The notes beneath the pieces are model-generated. The model had not been told where the DNA came from and did not search any database. It was given only the letters and a program-made list of their open reading frames with translations. Source: Eledone cirrhosa (Eukaryota). From it: DNA of 64,000 nt. The stretch lies in NCBI GenBank assembly GCA_964016885.1, contig OZ024741.1, positions 349,928,001-349,992,000 of the forward strand, given 5' to 3'. The position numbers and the translations under genes were made by a program. This document shows, in pieces, positions 42,711 to 59,348 of the stretch; position 1 is the stretch's first letter; every line of letters starts with the position of its first letter.

Positions 42711-42872
42711 GTGTACATATTCAGTTCTACAAGGGAGTTCGATTCTTCGTAGCGACTGCTGTAAATATTTTTCTGTCTCTAAGGATGTTTACCCGATTTT
42801 TATAAGTTTTTTTGTAGGATCTGACTGTAATTGCAATCATTTTCTGCGTTTGATACTCTCCTACATCTTATA

Positions 42873-42921
<49 letters not shown>

Positions 42922-43179
42922 GGTGTGTCCATGCGTGGAGATGCTTTATCACAAGGTGAACCCCTTAAAGACAGAAAAAAGTTGCCAGCGTTCGTTTCAT
43001 CTCAGCAACCGTTTTTACCGGTATCTGGGCGATGGTAACTTCTTTTTCAGTCTTTAAAGGTCTTCGCCCTATTTTATAAGCTATTTTATAGCATCTCTGC
43101 GCATGAGCACATCATCCTTTACATTAATCATATATTCTCATCGCTTCAAAATGGGACGTATATCATATATATATATATA

Positions 43180-43570
<391 letters not shown>

Positions 43571-43574
43571 ATGA

Positions 43575-43885
43575 GTCTCGGGTTCAATCGGGGGTAACCA
43601 CAGCAAGTAAGGTACTCAATACATTAGTAGAGTGTGTACAACAAAATTTAATATAGAAATGGCTTCTACAGGACTAGACTGTTTCATTCGAAGAATCTCA
43701 GTTCCATAAAATGTATCAGTCAATGTGACCTCTACCCTTCCTTAAAATCACCACCTTCCCCACCCACCAGTAAACATATAAATACAACCACATTATAACA
43801 GAAGTCGGCTTTCCTGATGATTTCCTTCGAATGAAACAGTTCTAGTCCTGTAGAAACCATTTCTATATTAAATTTAGGTTAAAAA
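43575..43885 (-). mobile_element. Family E fold-back + tail element with a degenerate hammerhead (fragment also at 17482-17565)
   Basis: Arms are ~43645-43695 / 43822-43875. 'CTGATGAtttccttcgaatGAAAcagttcTAgtcc' lies at 43814-43848 and the tail hairpin at 43614-43633. Confidence 0.6.
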
Positions 43886-43993
43886 ATATATATATATATA
43901 TTGTAGGTAGTACGGTGAAATACTGGTGTTGGTACCAAATCAAGCACACTATGCACAGGCAGAGTCCTGTAGAAACTTTCTCGTTTTTTTTCT

Positions 43994-44080
<87 letters not shown>

Positions 44081-44085
<5 letters not shown>

Positions 44086-44145
44086 AAAAGAGTCAGGACC
44101 CCGACGGCTGAGCTCCGGCCGTTTCGATAGCTAGATCCGAACGGA
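44081..44145 (-). mobile_element. Family A single arm without tail
   Basis: 'ataggaaaagagtcaggaccccgacggctgagctccggccgtttcgatagctagatccgaac'. Confidence 0.75.
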
Positions 44146-44179
44146 TATTATATATATATATGTATATATAATATATCTT

Positions 44180-44655
44180 GGTTGTCCATCGTAAACGATG
44201 ATGACATCTTCTTTATTCTTGTTCCCGTCTGCCGTGGGCACGAAGGTGGCTGTGGAGGCCGATCCTTGACTTGCAGGTCCGGGGACAGTGGGGGCAGGGG
44301 AAGAGACCGGAGTCAGACTGGCAACTCCCAGAGGTTACCTCCACCTGTTATCTCCGCCTCTTGCCTATCGCCGCAGGGCTTTGGGAGTGCACGCTAAAGA
44401 AGAAACCTGTGCGGGAAAGGTTTATAGTGGGAGGGCCAGTGCACAGTGACGGTCCCACTCACTCGGCCGCAGAAGCCAGAATCCGGTGGTACGGAGGACG
44501 GTCACAACCAAGTAGTTCCTTGGCTGCTGTGGATGGCCACGACGTCTGTAGTGCCTTGCCGTGCCCTAGCGTTCCACACCGCTTGCTGTCGCCGCCTTCG
44601 TGACCCTTGGGACGATCTTGTCCTCCTCCACTCACTCTGCCGGGTCCAGTTTTCG
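44180..44655 (-). pseudogene. 3' end of an RTE (BovB-like) LINE
   Basis: The minus strand encodes CPHCPRTCKSRIGLHSHLRAH, the C2H2 finger typical of RTE C-termini. Confidence 0.7.
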
Positions 44656-44677
44656 CATATAATATATATGTATATTT

Positions 44678-44715
<38 letters not shown>

Positions 44716-44721
44716 AATATG

Positions 44722-44974
44722 TAACGAAGGAAATGTGGTAAGGAGCCAGGTGGACCATAACGCACTAAAGTACTCAATACTTGAGGTAGTAGAGTGGGTA
44801 ATAGGAACCAGTAAGACCCCGACAGCTGAGCTCAAGCCGTTTCGACGGCTAATTCTGGACTAAATGAAAATTTAGAAGATCGGCTATTTAAATACCAGGA
44901 TAAATTTTCATTTAGTCCAGAATTAGCCGTCGAAACGGCTTGAGCTCAGCTGTCGGGGTCTTACTGGTTCCTAT
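44722..44974 (-). mobile_element. Family A copy with ~73-bp inverted arms + tail
   Basis: Arms are ~44801-44873 / 44901-44974. The spacer retains 'gaaga-tcggcta', a possible core/stem II remnant. Confidence 0.8.
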
Positions 44975-44989
44975 ATAAATATGTATATA

Positions 44990-45113
<124 letters not shown>

Positions 45114-46207
45114 TTATATATATATTTATATATATATATATATTGATTCACGTGACTTTAGTTCTCTCTCTCTCTCCTCTACCAAATATTGACCTTCGAC
45201 TTAATCAAAAAAAAGAACTGAAATCAATTCATTGAGTAAACCAGACAGTACGAAAACCAACAAATGGGACTGAAAACAAAGATAAATCTATTTAGTCAGT
45301 CTCTTTCATGGTTATGATTGAAGGAATTGTGTATTTGCAGTACCCTCGGTTAATTTAATTATTTTTCTACTCCATTCATATAGAATCGCGTTTTACGAAA
45401 TAGCATGATTGTGTGACCAGATGTAAATGGACCTTACTTTGATTTCGACTTAATAAAATGATGAATTATCAATTTTCGCTTGTTTTGTTTTGCTGTTTTT
45501 AGAGCCATTTAATATTAGAATTAGAATAAATATAGATAAAAAAAGGAAACAACAGAATATTGAACGAAGTGGCCACTGACATACTGGTTGTCTAGAATAA
45601 TCTATATTCATTTCAGCTTTGAATATTTTGAATAATTTAAGACAAAGCAACGGATAAAAATAAAAGTTGTTATGTTGATTTCTAGCTTAGACATAAAGCC
45701 AGACTTCTGTTTGGTCAATTTCCATTGACTCCCAGTGTATTCCTGGTATTATTTCGTCATAGATAACCACCTCAGAGAAAGAAAAGAATGAAATCTAACC
45801 AGTTTGTATTTAAACTCAAAATGTTGATAATTAAACAGATAGTGGCGAATTTTATTCAAATATAGTGTATCTAAGATTACATCGTCCAATGCAAGTGTGT
45901 CCGAGTAGTTCAGAAGTTCGCTTTGCTATCATGAGATCTGGAGTTTCATCCGAAATCTTGGTAGCAGTTTTTTCAAATGTATATATATATATATATATAT
46001 ATAGTATTAGTTATACTATTTATGGTTATGTAAACACAAAACCTTAAGCAGTTGTAAGTATTTTACACACACCCTAAATAGTGGTAGGCAGTAATGTATT
46101 ACTACCTTATTACCAGTAAGTTAAGTAGCTCAATGTAAAAACATCAGATGATTTACAGAGCAGTTATATGAAATATAAGAATCAAAGAACTGTTCAAAAC
46201 ATTATTG

Positions 46208-46254
46208 TGCTTACAGCTGTTTCCTCCAAACCGAGGTTTGGATTCTTCGGAGCA
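46208..46254 (-). ncRNA. Type-I hammerhead (CCGAAGA core) in the short element 46003-46325
   Basis: tgct-CCGAAGA-a-tccaaacc-tc-ggtttgga-g-GAAA-c-agct-g-TA-agca. Confidence 0.7.
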
Positions 46255-46317
46255 ATTTATTAATGCATGGACAGTTATATGACCTCCTTTTCAGCCGAGA
46301 GACATACCATATTTCAT

Positions 46318-46360
<43 letters not shown>

Positions 46361-46364
<4 letters not shown>

Positions 46365-47851
46365 GTGGTTACACAACAGTTAGTTCACCATACTGAGAAC
46401 AATTTTTTCACCTTAGCGGATCCTCAGCTCGGAATGGGCATGGTTATAGGAACAGGAAGGACAACCGTACGAACGCGTGTGCGCAGGAACCCGGTCACTT
46501 CACACAGGCAATACTAGACTGCGTGCGAGAGGTGTAAGGGAGATAACTGTGAAAGTTCGAAAAGTTTTTAGTTTGAAAATAAAATTACAAAGAATCAGTC
46601 CGGAGCCTTGTAGTTATTCAATAGGTGTTTCCAGACGTGTGGACAACGTGTGAAAAATTCATTACACGTGTTTAGGCAATCACTATTGCGTAATCTCTTT
46701 AGAATAGTTATTCGTTCGTCAATACATAAGCCACACGTCGGATTTCACCTTGCGTATGGCTTGGACTTAGTGATGGCTTTCCATTGAATGGAGTAGTCTA
46801 TACTTGCGTCCTTGAGCGACCATACGTGGCTCGCGAGTTTCGTGGATGAACGTCTGTCCGGGTACCTGAAGGTAGACTGGTGGTTCAGGAAACGTTCCTT
46901 AAATCGGCTCTCCGCCATGCCCTCATAGGATTTGACCTCCTGTGGCTCGTTTGGTCGGTTGGAAGTGACCACAGCTTCATAAATTACAGCTGGTGTGTTG
47001 CATTGCTGTTGAAGGGGGAAAGCTTCAGGCTTACGGCAAGAGCACCCTAGTGGGGTGTTGCTCCTAGAGCTGCTGGTGATGTGGGCCTTCATGTTCTTAG
47101 CGCAGGAGTATCCTAGTTTAACTTTGTGTCGGTTAAAGATGGAGTGGTATTTATGACCTATGGGAAAGTGTCTATCTAAGAGGGCTAGAAATTGTTTTCC
47201 TACATTGGTTTTAACGTTGAGTAGGAAGGGAGGAGAGAACCAGATAGTTTGTCTATTGTTGTGCTTACTTTTCTTAATGGTGTTGTTGCTAGTGGGAGAG
47301 TAAGTGATAGGTTGTGAGAAGATGCTGTTAGCCAACGCCGTGTTATAGTAGGGTGCCGCCCTGTCAAAGATAGCCTTATTAGAGGAGAGGTTTGAGATTC
47401 TAGTACTGATATTCTTAACGAAGATTCTAAAAACAGTGGGAGGGTGGCATGAGTCCTTGTGAATGTAATTGAGTTTCTCGTTTATCTTATGGAAGGATCT
47501 GTGGGTGGGTGTGCGAAGGTCTAAATTAATGTCTAAGAAATCTACGCGAGAGAGGTTGGTGGCTACTGTTATCCTAAGTCCTAACTCATTGAAGGTAGAA
47601 GCTAAGTCTTTTTTAAACCGGTCGAGGCCGTGACCACTTTTATGGCTCGATAAAGTCAGTCCATCGTCGCGGTATATTCCCGTGTGGAAGTCCGGGAATC
47701 TAACACGTAATATGTCTAAGATAAATAGGCCAACCAAGTCACATACGTCAGCACTGTCAAACGATCCCATGGAGACGTCGAATAGGTCTGAAGTTGTAGA
47801 CTTCTTTGCCCAGGCTACTCCGTCGTAATTAAGTGGTTTAACTTCTCGCAT
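46361..47851 (-). mobile_element. 5'-truncated Penelope-like element with a 3' hammerhead (46395-46430)
   Basis: RT-GIY-YIG ORF followed by gag-CTGAGGA-tcc-gctaa-ggt-GAAA-aaattg-TT-ctc. Microsatellites flank both sides. Confidence 0.88.
46745..47851 (-). pseudogene. PLE RT (C-terminal half) + GIY-YIG endonuclease
   Basis: Motifs FDVSMGSFDSADVCDLVGL, GIYRDDGL, VDFLDINLDL, HKDSCHPP, VIYEA...SYEGMAE.RFKERFLNH and LASHVWSLK. Confidence 0.9.
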
Positions 47852-47852
47852 A

Positions 47853-49127
<1,275 letters not shown>

Positions 49128-49153
49128 CTTATACTCAGCACTGTGTTTATTAA

Positions 49154-49198
49154 GCTCTGATGATTCCTACCCAACGGTATGGATGAAACATTGTAAGC
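49154..49198 (+). ncRNA. Minimal type-I hammerhead ribozyme
   Basis: gct-CTGATGA-ttcctacc-caac-ggtatggat-GAAA-c-att-g-TA-agc. Confidence 0.65.
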
Positions 49199-49374
49199 AA
49201 ATAAAAACTGTTTGAGTATGTAAGCGTTCTTTGGTTTCTTTTACATATATATATACATACATACATACATATATACATACATACATACATACATACATAC
49301 ATACATACATACATACATACATACATACATACATACACGCACACACACATATACACACACACATACCTACACAC

Positions 49375-50150
49375 AGAGGTTTCTCACCATTGTATCCGAC
49401 GCATCCTGAACATCAAGTGGCCCTCTTACACACCTGCGGCTGCTATACTTGAGAAAGCAGGCAGAACCAGTATTGAGATGAGGATTATTATGAACCAGAT
49501 GGGTTGGGCTGGTCATGGGGTCAGGAAAGAGGATGGAAGGTTGTCTAAGCAGTTATATGCGGGGCTACTCAGAGGGAAAGGGCTACAGCGTAAACCAAAG
49601 AAGCCGTTTAGGGATGTCATAAAAGACAATCTTAAAGCTCTGGAGATTGATATGGAGAACTGGGAGACATTGGCTGAAGGCCCTACATCATGGAGAATGA
49701 TCATGAAGTATGGATGTGATGTTTTGAGGCAAAGCGAGTAGAGCATGCTGCTTTAAAGCGTTCACTCGGTAAGCGGGCCCAGGTGCAGTGTCTGCAAAAG
49801 TCCAGCAGGTATTGAGATGCAATGTATGTGGACGGTTTGTTCTATCAAAAGCTGGGTTTGTCAACCATCTGGAGTTACATTAGCCAGGCAGAAATCGAGC
49901 CACTTATGAGATGGTTCTACGGTCACACCCTAAGCATTTACAATGCGCGTGGCTTAATTTGCAAGGCAGGTGATGAACTGACCATACATGGTAGAATACA
50001 TAAAGACACATCCCAGCTGGTATTGCTGGGAGACATACAGTTCAAGTGTCACATCTGTAAAAGTACTTGCAAATCAAAAGCTGGTCTGAAAAATCACTTG
50101 CGTGCACAGGATCGTGCAATATGGCACTATTCTGACAAGAAGTAGCAATC
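49375..50150 (+). pseudogene. 3' part of an RTE-clade LINE with C-terminal C2H2 fingers
   Basis: Translates as RRILNIKW, WAGHGVRKEDGRLSKQL, KPKKPFRDVIKDNLK, WETLAE...WR and CHICKSTCKSKAGLKNHLR. Confidence 0.85.
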
Positions 50151-50162
50151 AATACATACATA

Positions 50163-50753
50163 TAGAAGAAAAAAGTAGGTATATTTTTGTCTATTATTTT
50201 CTCATATTTTGTAATTTGATAAATAGCTCTGATTATTGGGTTATTTTAAGTATTTCAGTCATCGAGCAAAACTTGTTAAGGCTGACACCACACATATACA
50301 TATGAATGAGTGTGTATTTCATTATTATATTGTCCCAAACACCCCTATGGTCGAGTAACCCAGGAGTGTACTAACTGATTTTTCTAGCAAATACGTTATT
50401 CGCTCACTGTCCAATTTACTACCCGTCTGTGACCACTGTATCACGTGTTAATTTCTCCCTCCGCCTCTCCAGATATTCTCACTTGCTACAAAAAAAACAG
50501 TCCTTTATATTTTTACCACAGTATCACGTGTTAATTTCTCCCTCCGCCTCTAGAGATTTTCTCACTTGCTACGAACGCGTCAAAGAAACAGTCCTTTTTT
50601 CTGAGGGATCTCTTGATAAGTTGTATCAGCCTCACAGGGTTGATGCATTTTTATAATGCAGGGTGTTTTATACGGGTCGGCGAAACTGCAGTCGGGACTT
50701 TGAAGAAAAAAAATATTTTTGTCCATTATTTCCTCATATTTTGTAATTTGATA
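50163..50753 (+). mobile_element. Short element with direct terminal repeats (50163-50221 / ~50702-50753)
   Basis: The repeat is 'atttttgtc-attattt-ctcatattttgtaatttgata'. A tail hairpin lies at 50226-50267 and a hammerhead 3' half (GAAA-ctgcag-TC) at ~50682. Confidence 0.5.
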
Positions 50754-50770
50754 TATATATACATGTGTGT

Positions 50771-50832
<62 letters not shown>

Positions 50833-51078
50833 TATAGATAACGATGAAATGCTTTGAACACGCTAAACATATCTGAGGACCTTGCGAATGCAGAGACAGG
50901 TTCGATCTGTGATAGATCCTGCCTTGAAATGATCGTCGGAGAAACATATGTAATATGTTAATAAATTGTGTTTAGATGCATCACTGATTCCTCGTTATCT
51001 ATAATAATATAGTCTGCTCTGCGCGAGTTCGAGTGCTCAAACGGCATGCCGCCTACGGACGCATTTATTGCAACCGTG

Positions 51079-51752
<674 letters not shown>

Positions 51753-52574
51753 TAAGAATGAGTATGTCCATTTCGCAATAATTCTAAGAGCAAACGGGGA
51801 TATAGAGCCATCAAATACGTTTCCTATTGGTTGACTGGATGTTAAGCACACCTTCTGGTGAGAATCCAACTAGATCCGGAAATCGATTAAAAGTGTTTAT
51901 CATTATTTCAATTTATCAGGAAATTCATATTTTCTGAGATGTTTATATGTCTACATATTAAAAATGTGTATATATGGTGCAGTCTCGGTTACCCACTCTG
52001 TATGTATACAGATATAACTTTATATGTATATATATATATACATATATATATAATAAAGATATATGTGTATATAAAGTTATATGTGTATATATACATATAT
52101 ATAGAATAAAGTTATATGCGTATATATATATATATATAATAAAGTTATATGTCTATATATATATATATACGTATATATACATATATAAATATATATATAT
52201 AAGTGTGTGTGTGTTTGTGTGCGAGTGTGTGTGTGTGTGTGTGTGTGTGAGTGTGTGTGTGTGTGTGTTTCGGCATGTGCTTAAACATATATATGAAAAT
52301 ATGTATGTATAAAGCGAAACTGTGTTTATACGCAGACAAACGTCTTAGCGAGTGAGATCTGTTTATACAGCCTAAGCCAGTCGTTTCCTGACTTATTACG
52401 TACGTTCGATAATCAAGTCCGTCCGATGCTGTGACGTCAGAGACTAAAGCAAATCATATCAGCGTATTTTATCCGCATTAAACAGAACCATCCGGCTAGT
52501 AACGAGGCATTATATCCACACACACACACACACATACATACATATAATATATATATATATATATATACACACAC

Positions 52575-52710
<136 letters not shown>

Positions 52711-52791
52711 GTATAGATTCATACATGTATATATATATATATGTATATATTATATATGTATAAATGTATATGCATATATATATATATGTTC

Positions 52792-52833
<42 letters not shown>

Positions 52834-53112
52834 AATATATATAGATATACATATATACACCTAAGCAAACACACTCTCACGCACACGCACGTACTCATGC
52901 ACACACACCTTTAAGGAACTACACATACACACACCACATATGTCTGTATGTGTGTGACTGCAATTTCGTGATTTTTAAGATTACGCATGCCTGTGTGTAC
53001 GTGTGTGTAGTTGAGAGTGTGTGTGAGAGTATGTGTGTGTATGTGTGAATGTGTCTGGTCACACTCACACACATACAGCCACACACACGCACACACATAG
53101 ACATATATATCT

Positions 53113-53200
<88 letters not shown>

Positions 53201-53335
53201 GTGTGTGTGAGTGTGTGTGTGTGTGTGCGGAGGTATGTATGCGTATAATTGTGTTTAGGTCAATGTGCAAAAAGTTAACACAACAATCGCATAACATTAA
53301 CCCGTTTGGCTGTCTGGTTCCATTATAAGCGTTTC

Positions 53336-53523
<188 letters not shown>

Positions 53524-53531
53524 TATATATA

Positions 53532-53592
<61 letters not shown>

Positions 53593-53716
53593 ACAAATAT
53601 ATATATATATACACATATATATTGTGTGTGCGTGTGTGTGTATTTATGTACGTATGTATATATATGTTCACATTCATACTCATGCATCACCCTCACCATA
53701 CATATACATATATATA

Positions 53717-53785
<69 letters not shown>

Positions 53786-53861
53786 GTATGTGTGTATATG
53801 TGTGTGTGTGTGTCTTACATGCATACCTCTGCATATAAACACACCAATACATGCATATATG

Positions 53862-54462
53862 CATGGTGGCTGCCAACTCGTTTTCAAGTACGGCCACTAC
53901 TTTATATCCATGTAGGAGTACCCCTACCGATGCGCTCAACGAGTGTGACTTTTTAGTCTTGAAAACTCTGGTACAAACACTACACTTGTGGCAATTATTG
54001 ACACATAGTGCTGGGCCCATGGTACCATGTGATGACAAGTGCAGAGAGATCTCCAGATATAAAGCAATGCCTGTGCCGTAAAGCTTTTATAGTGAGCAAA
54101 GGCACTGCACAAAGCCAGTCCCACTCTCTTAACCAAGATGATATTTACCAAAAAGAAGAACAAGTCAACATCATTGGATACCATCAGGTTTGCAGGTGTT
54201 ATATCAGAGTTTTCCTTCTCCTAGAATTCTGCCTTGACAAAGGCTAAGGGGTCATCTCTCCCGCTGATTTTGGATGGCCATTGACTCTTAAGAGCTCCTT
54301 TGCCCTTTGACAGGTTTTGCTTTTAGTCCTGCAGGATGTTCAAAGTCACCCTCCTCACCAAGAAACCTTGGTGGGGTTGCCAGTTTAGTCACCAACGACC
54401 CGACCATGAGACAGGTTGTACTGGGATACATGTTACCAGTAGCACCAACTGGTGACCTGACA
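53862..54462 (-). mobile_element. Copy of the 625-1310 retroposon family
   Basis: Shares 'ggtggggttgccagtttagtc...gacccgacc...catgttaccagtagcac'. Confidence 0.6.
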
Positions 54463-54734
54463 TAATGCATATATGCATACATATATGCATACATATATAT
54501 ATACAGACATATATATATATATATACATATATATATGCATACATACATAAATACATAAATACATACATACATAATTACAAACGCGTCCATAAGATATAAA
54601 CGCGACAAATGCCTAGCACTAATTTCCTTTTCACCTCCTCTACCTCCACTAAATAGTTCTTGCCCAGTGTCCCAAATGCCATCTAACTTCTCAGGATACA
54701 ACCACAAAAGGCAACACGAACAATAACACAACAT

Positions 54735-54965
54735 CAACAAATCATAACAGCAACAACAACAACAAACATCACCTCCAGCAACATCAACAGCCCACAATAG
54801 CAACAACAACAACAACAAACATCACCTCCAGCATCATCAACAGCAAACATTAACTCCAGCAACATCAACAGCCCACAATAGCAACAACAGCAACAACAAC
54901 AACAACAAACATCACCTCCAGCAACATCAACAGCCCACAATAGCAACAACAATAGCAACAACAAT

Positions 54966-55000
<35 letters not shown>

Positions 55001-55234
55001 ACATCACCTCCAGCAACACCAACAGCTCACAATAGCAACAACAATAGCAACAACAACAACAACAAACATCACCTCCAGCAACATCAACAGCCCACAATAG
55101 CAACAACAATAGCAACAACAATAACAACAACAACAACAACAACAACAAACATCACCTCCAGCAACACCAACAGCTCACAATAGCAACAACAACAACAACA
55201 AACATCACCTCCAGCAACATCAACAACCCACAAT

Positions 55235-55266
<32 letters not shown>

Positions 55267-58200
55267 ACATCACCTCCAACAACATCAACAACCCACAATA
55301 GCAACAACAACAACAACAAACATCACCTCCAGCAACATCAACAACCCACAATAACAACAACAACAACAAACATCACCTCCAACAACATCAACAACCCACA
55401 ATAGCAACAACAACAACAACAAACATCACCTCCAGCAACATCAACAACCCACAATAGCAACAACAACAACAACAAACATCACCTCCAGCAACATCAACAA
55501 CCCACAATAGCAACAACAACAACAACAACAAACATCACCTCCAGCAACATCAACAACCCACAATAGCAACAACAACAACAACAACAAACATCACCTCCAG
55601 CAACATCAACAACCCACAATAGCAACAACAACAACAACAAACATCACCTCCAGCAACATCAACAACCCACAATAGCAACAACAACAACAACAAACATCAC
55701 CTCCAGCAACACCAACAACCCACAATAGCAACAACAACAACAACAACAACAAACATCACCTCCAGCAACATCAACAACCCACAATAGCAACAACAACAAC
55801 AACAAACATCACCTCCAGCAAACATCAACAACCCACAATAGCAACAACAACAACAACAAACATCACCTCCAGCAGCATCAACAACCTACAATAGCAACAA
55901 CAACAACAACAAACATCACCTCCAGCAACATCAACAACCCACAATAGCAACAACAACAACAACAAACATCACCTCCAGCAACATCAACAACCTACAATAG
56001 CAACAACAACAACAACAAACATCACATCCAGCAACATCAACAGCCCACAATAGCAACAACAACAACAACAAACATCACCTCCAGCAACATCAACAACCCA
56101 CAATAGCTACAACAACAACAACAAACATCACCTCCAGCAACATCAACAACCCACAATAGCAACAACAACAACAACAAACATCACCTCCAGCAACATCAAC
56201 AACCCACAATAGCAACAACAACAACAACAACAAACATCACCTCCAGCAACATCAACAACCCACAATAGCAACAACAACAACAACAACAAACATCACCTCC
56301 AGCAACATCAACAACCCACAATAGCAACAACAACAACAACAACAAACATCACCTCCAGCAACATCAACAACCCACAATAGCAACAACAACAACAACAAAC
56401 ATCACCTCCAGCAACATCAACAACCCACAATAGCAACAACAACAACAACAAACATCACCTCCAGCAACATCAACAACCCACAATAGCAACAACAACAACA
56501 ACAAACATCACCTCCAGCAACACCAACAACCCACAATAGCAACAACAACAACAACAACAAACATCACCTCCAGCAACATCAACAACCCACAATAGCAACA
56601 ACAACAACAACAAGCATCACCTCCAGCAACATCAACAACCCACAATAGCAACAACAACAACAACAAACATCACCTCCAGCAGCATCAACAACCTACAATA
56701 GCAACAACAACAACAACAAGCATCACCTCCAGCAACATCAACAACCCACAATAGCAACAACAACAACAACAAACATCACCTCCAGCAGCATCAACAACCT
56801 ACAATAGCAACAACAACAACAACAAACATCACCTCCAGCAACATCAACAACCCACAATAGCAACAACAACAACAACAACAACAAACATCACCTCCAGCAA
56901 CATCAACAACCCACAATAGCAACAACAACAACAACAACAAACATCACCTCCAGCAACATCAACAACCCACAATAGCAACAACAACAACAACAACAAACAT
57001 CACCTCCAGCAACATCAACAACCCACAATAGCAACAACAACAACAACAACAAACATCACCTCCAGCAACATCAACAACCCACAATAGCAACAACAACAAC
57101 AAACATCACCTCCAGCAACATCAACAACCCACAATAGCAACAACAACAACAACAAACATCACCTCCAGCAACATCAACAACCTACAATAGCAACAACAAC
57201 AACAACAAACATCACCTCCAGCAACATCAACAACCCACAATAGCAACAACAACAACAAACATCACCTCCTGCAACATCAACAACCTACAATAGCAACAAC
57301 AACAACAACAAACATCACCTCCAGCAACATCAACAACCCACAATAGCAACAACAACAACAACAAACATCACCTCCAGCAACATCAACAACCTACAATAGC
57401 AACAACAACAACAACAAACATCACCTCCAGCAACATCAACAACCCACAATAGCAACAACAACAACAACAAACATCACCTCTAGCAACATCAACAACCCAC
57501 AATAGCAACAACAACAACAACAAACATCACCTCCTGCAACATCAACAACCTACAATAGCAACAACAACAACAACAAACATCACCTCCAGCAACATCAACA
57601 ACCCACAATAGCAACAACAACAACAACAAACATCACCTCCTGCAACATCAACAACCTACAATAGCAACAACAACAACAACAAACATCACCTCCAGCAACA
57701 TCAACAACCCACAATAGCAACAACAACAACAACAACAAACATCACCTCCAGCAACACCAACAACCCACAATAGCAACAACAACAACAACAAACATCACCT
57801 CCAGCAACACCAACAACCCACAATAGCAACAACAACAACAACAAACATCACCTCCTGCAACACCAACAACCCACAATAGCAACAACAACAACAACAAACA
57901 TCACCTCCAGCAACACCAACAACCCACAATAGCAACAACAACAACAACAAACATCACCTCCAGCAACACCAACAACCCACAATAGCAACAACAACAACAA
58001 CAAACATCACCTCCCGCAACATCAACAACCTACAATAGCAACAACAACAACAACAAACATCACCTCCAGCAACATCAACAACCCACAATAGCAACAACAA
58101 CAACAACAAACATCACCTCCTGCAACATCAACAACCCACAATAGCAACAACAACAACAACAAACATCACCTCCCGCAACATCAACAACCTACAATAGCAA

Positions 58201-58500
58201 CAACAACAACAACAAACATCACCTCCAGCAACATCAACAACCCACAATAGCAACAACAACAACAACAAACATCACCTCCAGCAACATCAACAACCCACAA
58301 TAGCAACAACAACAACAACAACAAACATTACCTCCAGCAACATCAACAACCCACAATAGCAACAACAACAACAACAACAAACATCACCTCCAGCAACATC
58401 AACAACCCACAATAGCAACAACAACAACAACAACAAGCATCACCTCCAGCAACATCAACAACCCACAATAGCAACAACAACAACAACAAACATCACCTTC
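54735..58500. repeat. ~3.8-kb minisatellite, unit aaacatcacctccagcaacatcaacaacccacaatagc(aac)n, mostly 50-59 bp
   Basis: About 70 near-identical units that differ mainly in (AAC)n number. Confidence 0.97.
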
Positions 58501-58884
58501 AGAATTCCAACATCTCCAATAACCCAAACGCATATCACCACGATAAATGCCACCACCACCACCACAACCACCTATTGACCATGAACGCTAACATTACCAC
58601 TTGCCATTATTACCTCCACCACAAAACCCTTGTTGTTAATAAAGAAAGCATTATACCGCCACCACAAATACTAACACAGCGAGGAACTTTTACCTGATCG
58701 ATTGATCGGCTAGAAAGAGCAGCCAAATGTTACTGTTTTAAATAAGTTTTTAACATCTCCCGCTGAATTTCATCCTCCCCAGTGGCCTTGCTACATTTGA
58801 GCTCAAATAGAGAAGATTTCTTCTGGTTGACTCGGGTAGCTTTCCCTGGAAAGGCACCTGGAGTGATAATGGCAATCGAGAGTG

Positions 58885-58990
58885 ACAATCCGAATTTTCA
58901 AAGAGAGATCGCTCTAATTGTAGAGGGATCTCCTTGTTAAGCATCCCCGGTAAAGTCATTGCTAAGTGTCTGGCAAAAAGATGTAGGGTT
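58885..58990 (+). pseudogene. Small LINE RT fragment (RTE-like)
   Basis: DRSNCRGISLLSIPGKVIAKCLAKR. Confidence 0.7.
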
Positions 58991-59311
58991 TCCAAACACT
59001 TTGTACCAATTTTTTCTTACGAGGATTTGAGGCAACTGGAGGCTACAGCTAAAAACGTTTATTCCAAATGTCACGATGTCATGGATCGGAAATGTTTGGG
59101 TATCGCTGCATTAGATAATGTATTCTTTTCACTACCATCATCATCAACATCATCATCATCGTCATCATCATCATCATCATCATTTCACGCCTATCGTCAC
59201 TATTTGTCACGGCTTTGATGATGTGTCCTCTTAATCAGGGTTTATCTGAATGTTAACTATTACCTCTACTATAACAACTACTAATACTCCTGTTACTACT
59301 AAAGCTGCTGT

Positions 59312-59348
<37 letters not shown>

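Noticed and set aside
51850-51895. Hammerhead-like CTGGTGA...GAAA-tcga-TT
   Set aside because: The core and stems are too degenerate, and there is only one copy.
54735-58500. CRISPR array or mucin-like coding repeat
   Set aside because: There are no unique spacers. The unit length is usually not a multiple of 3, and the + strand has TAG in each unit.
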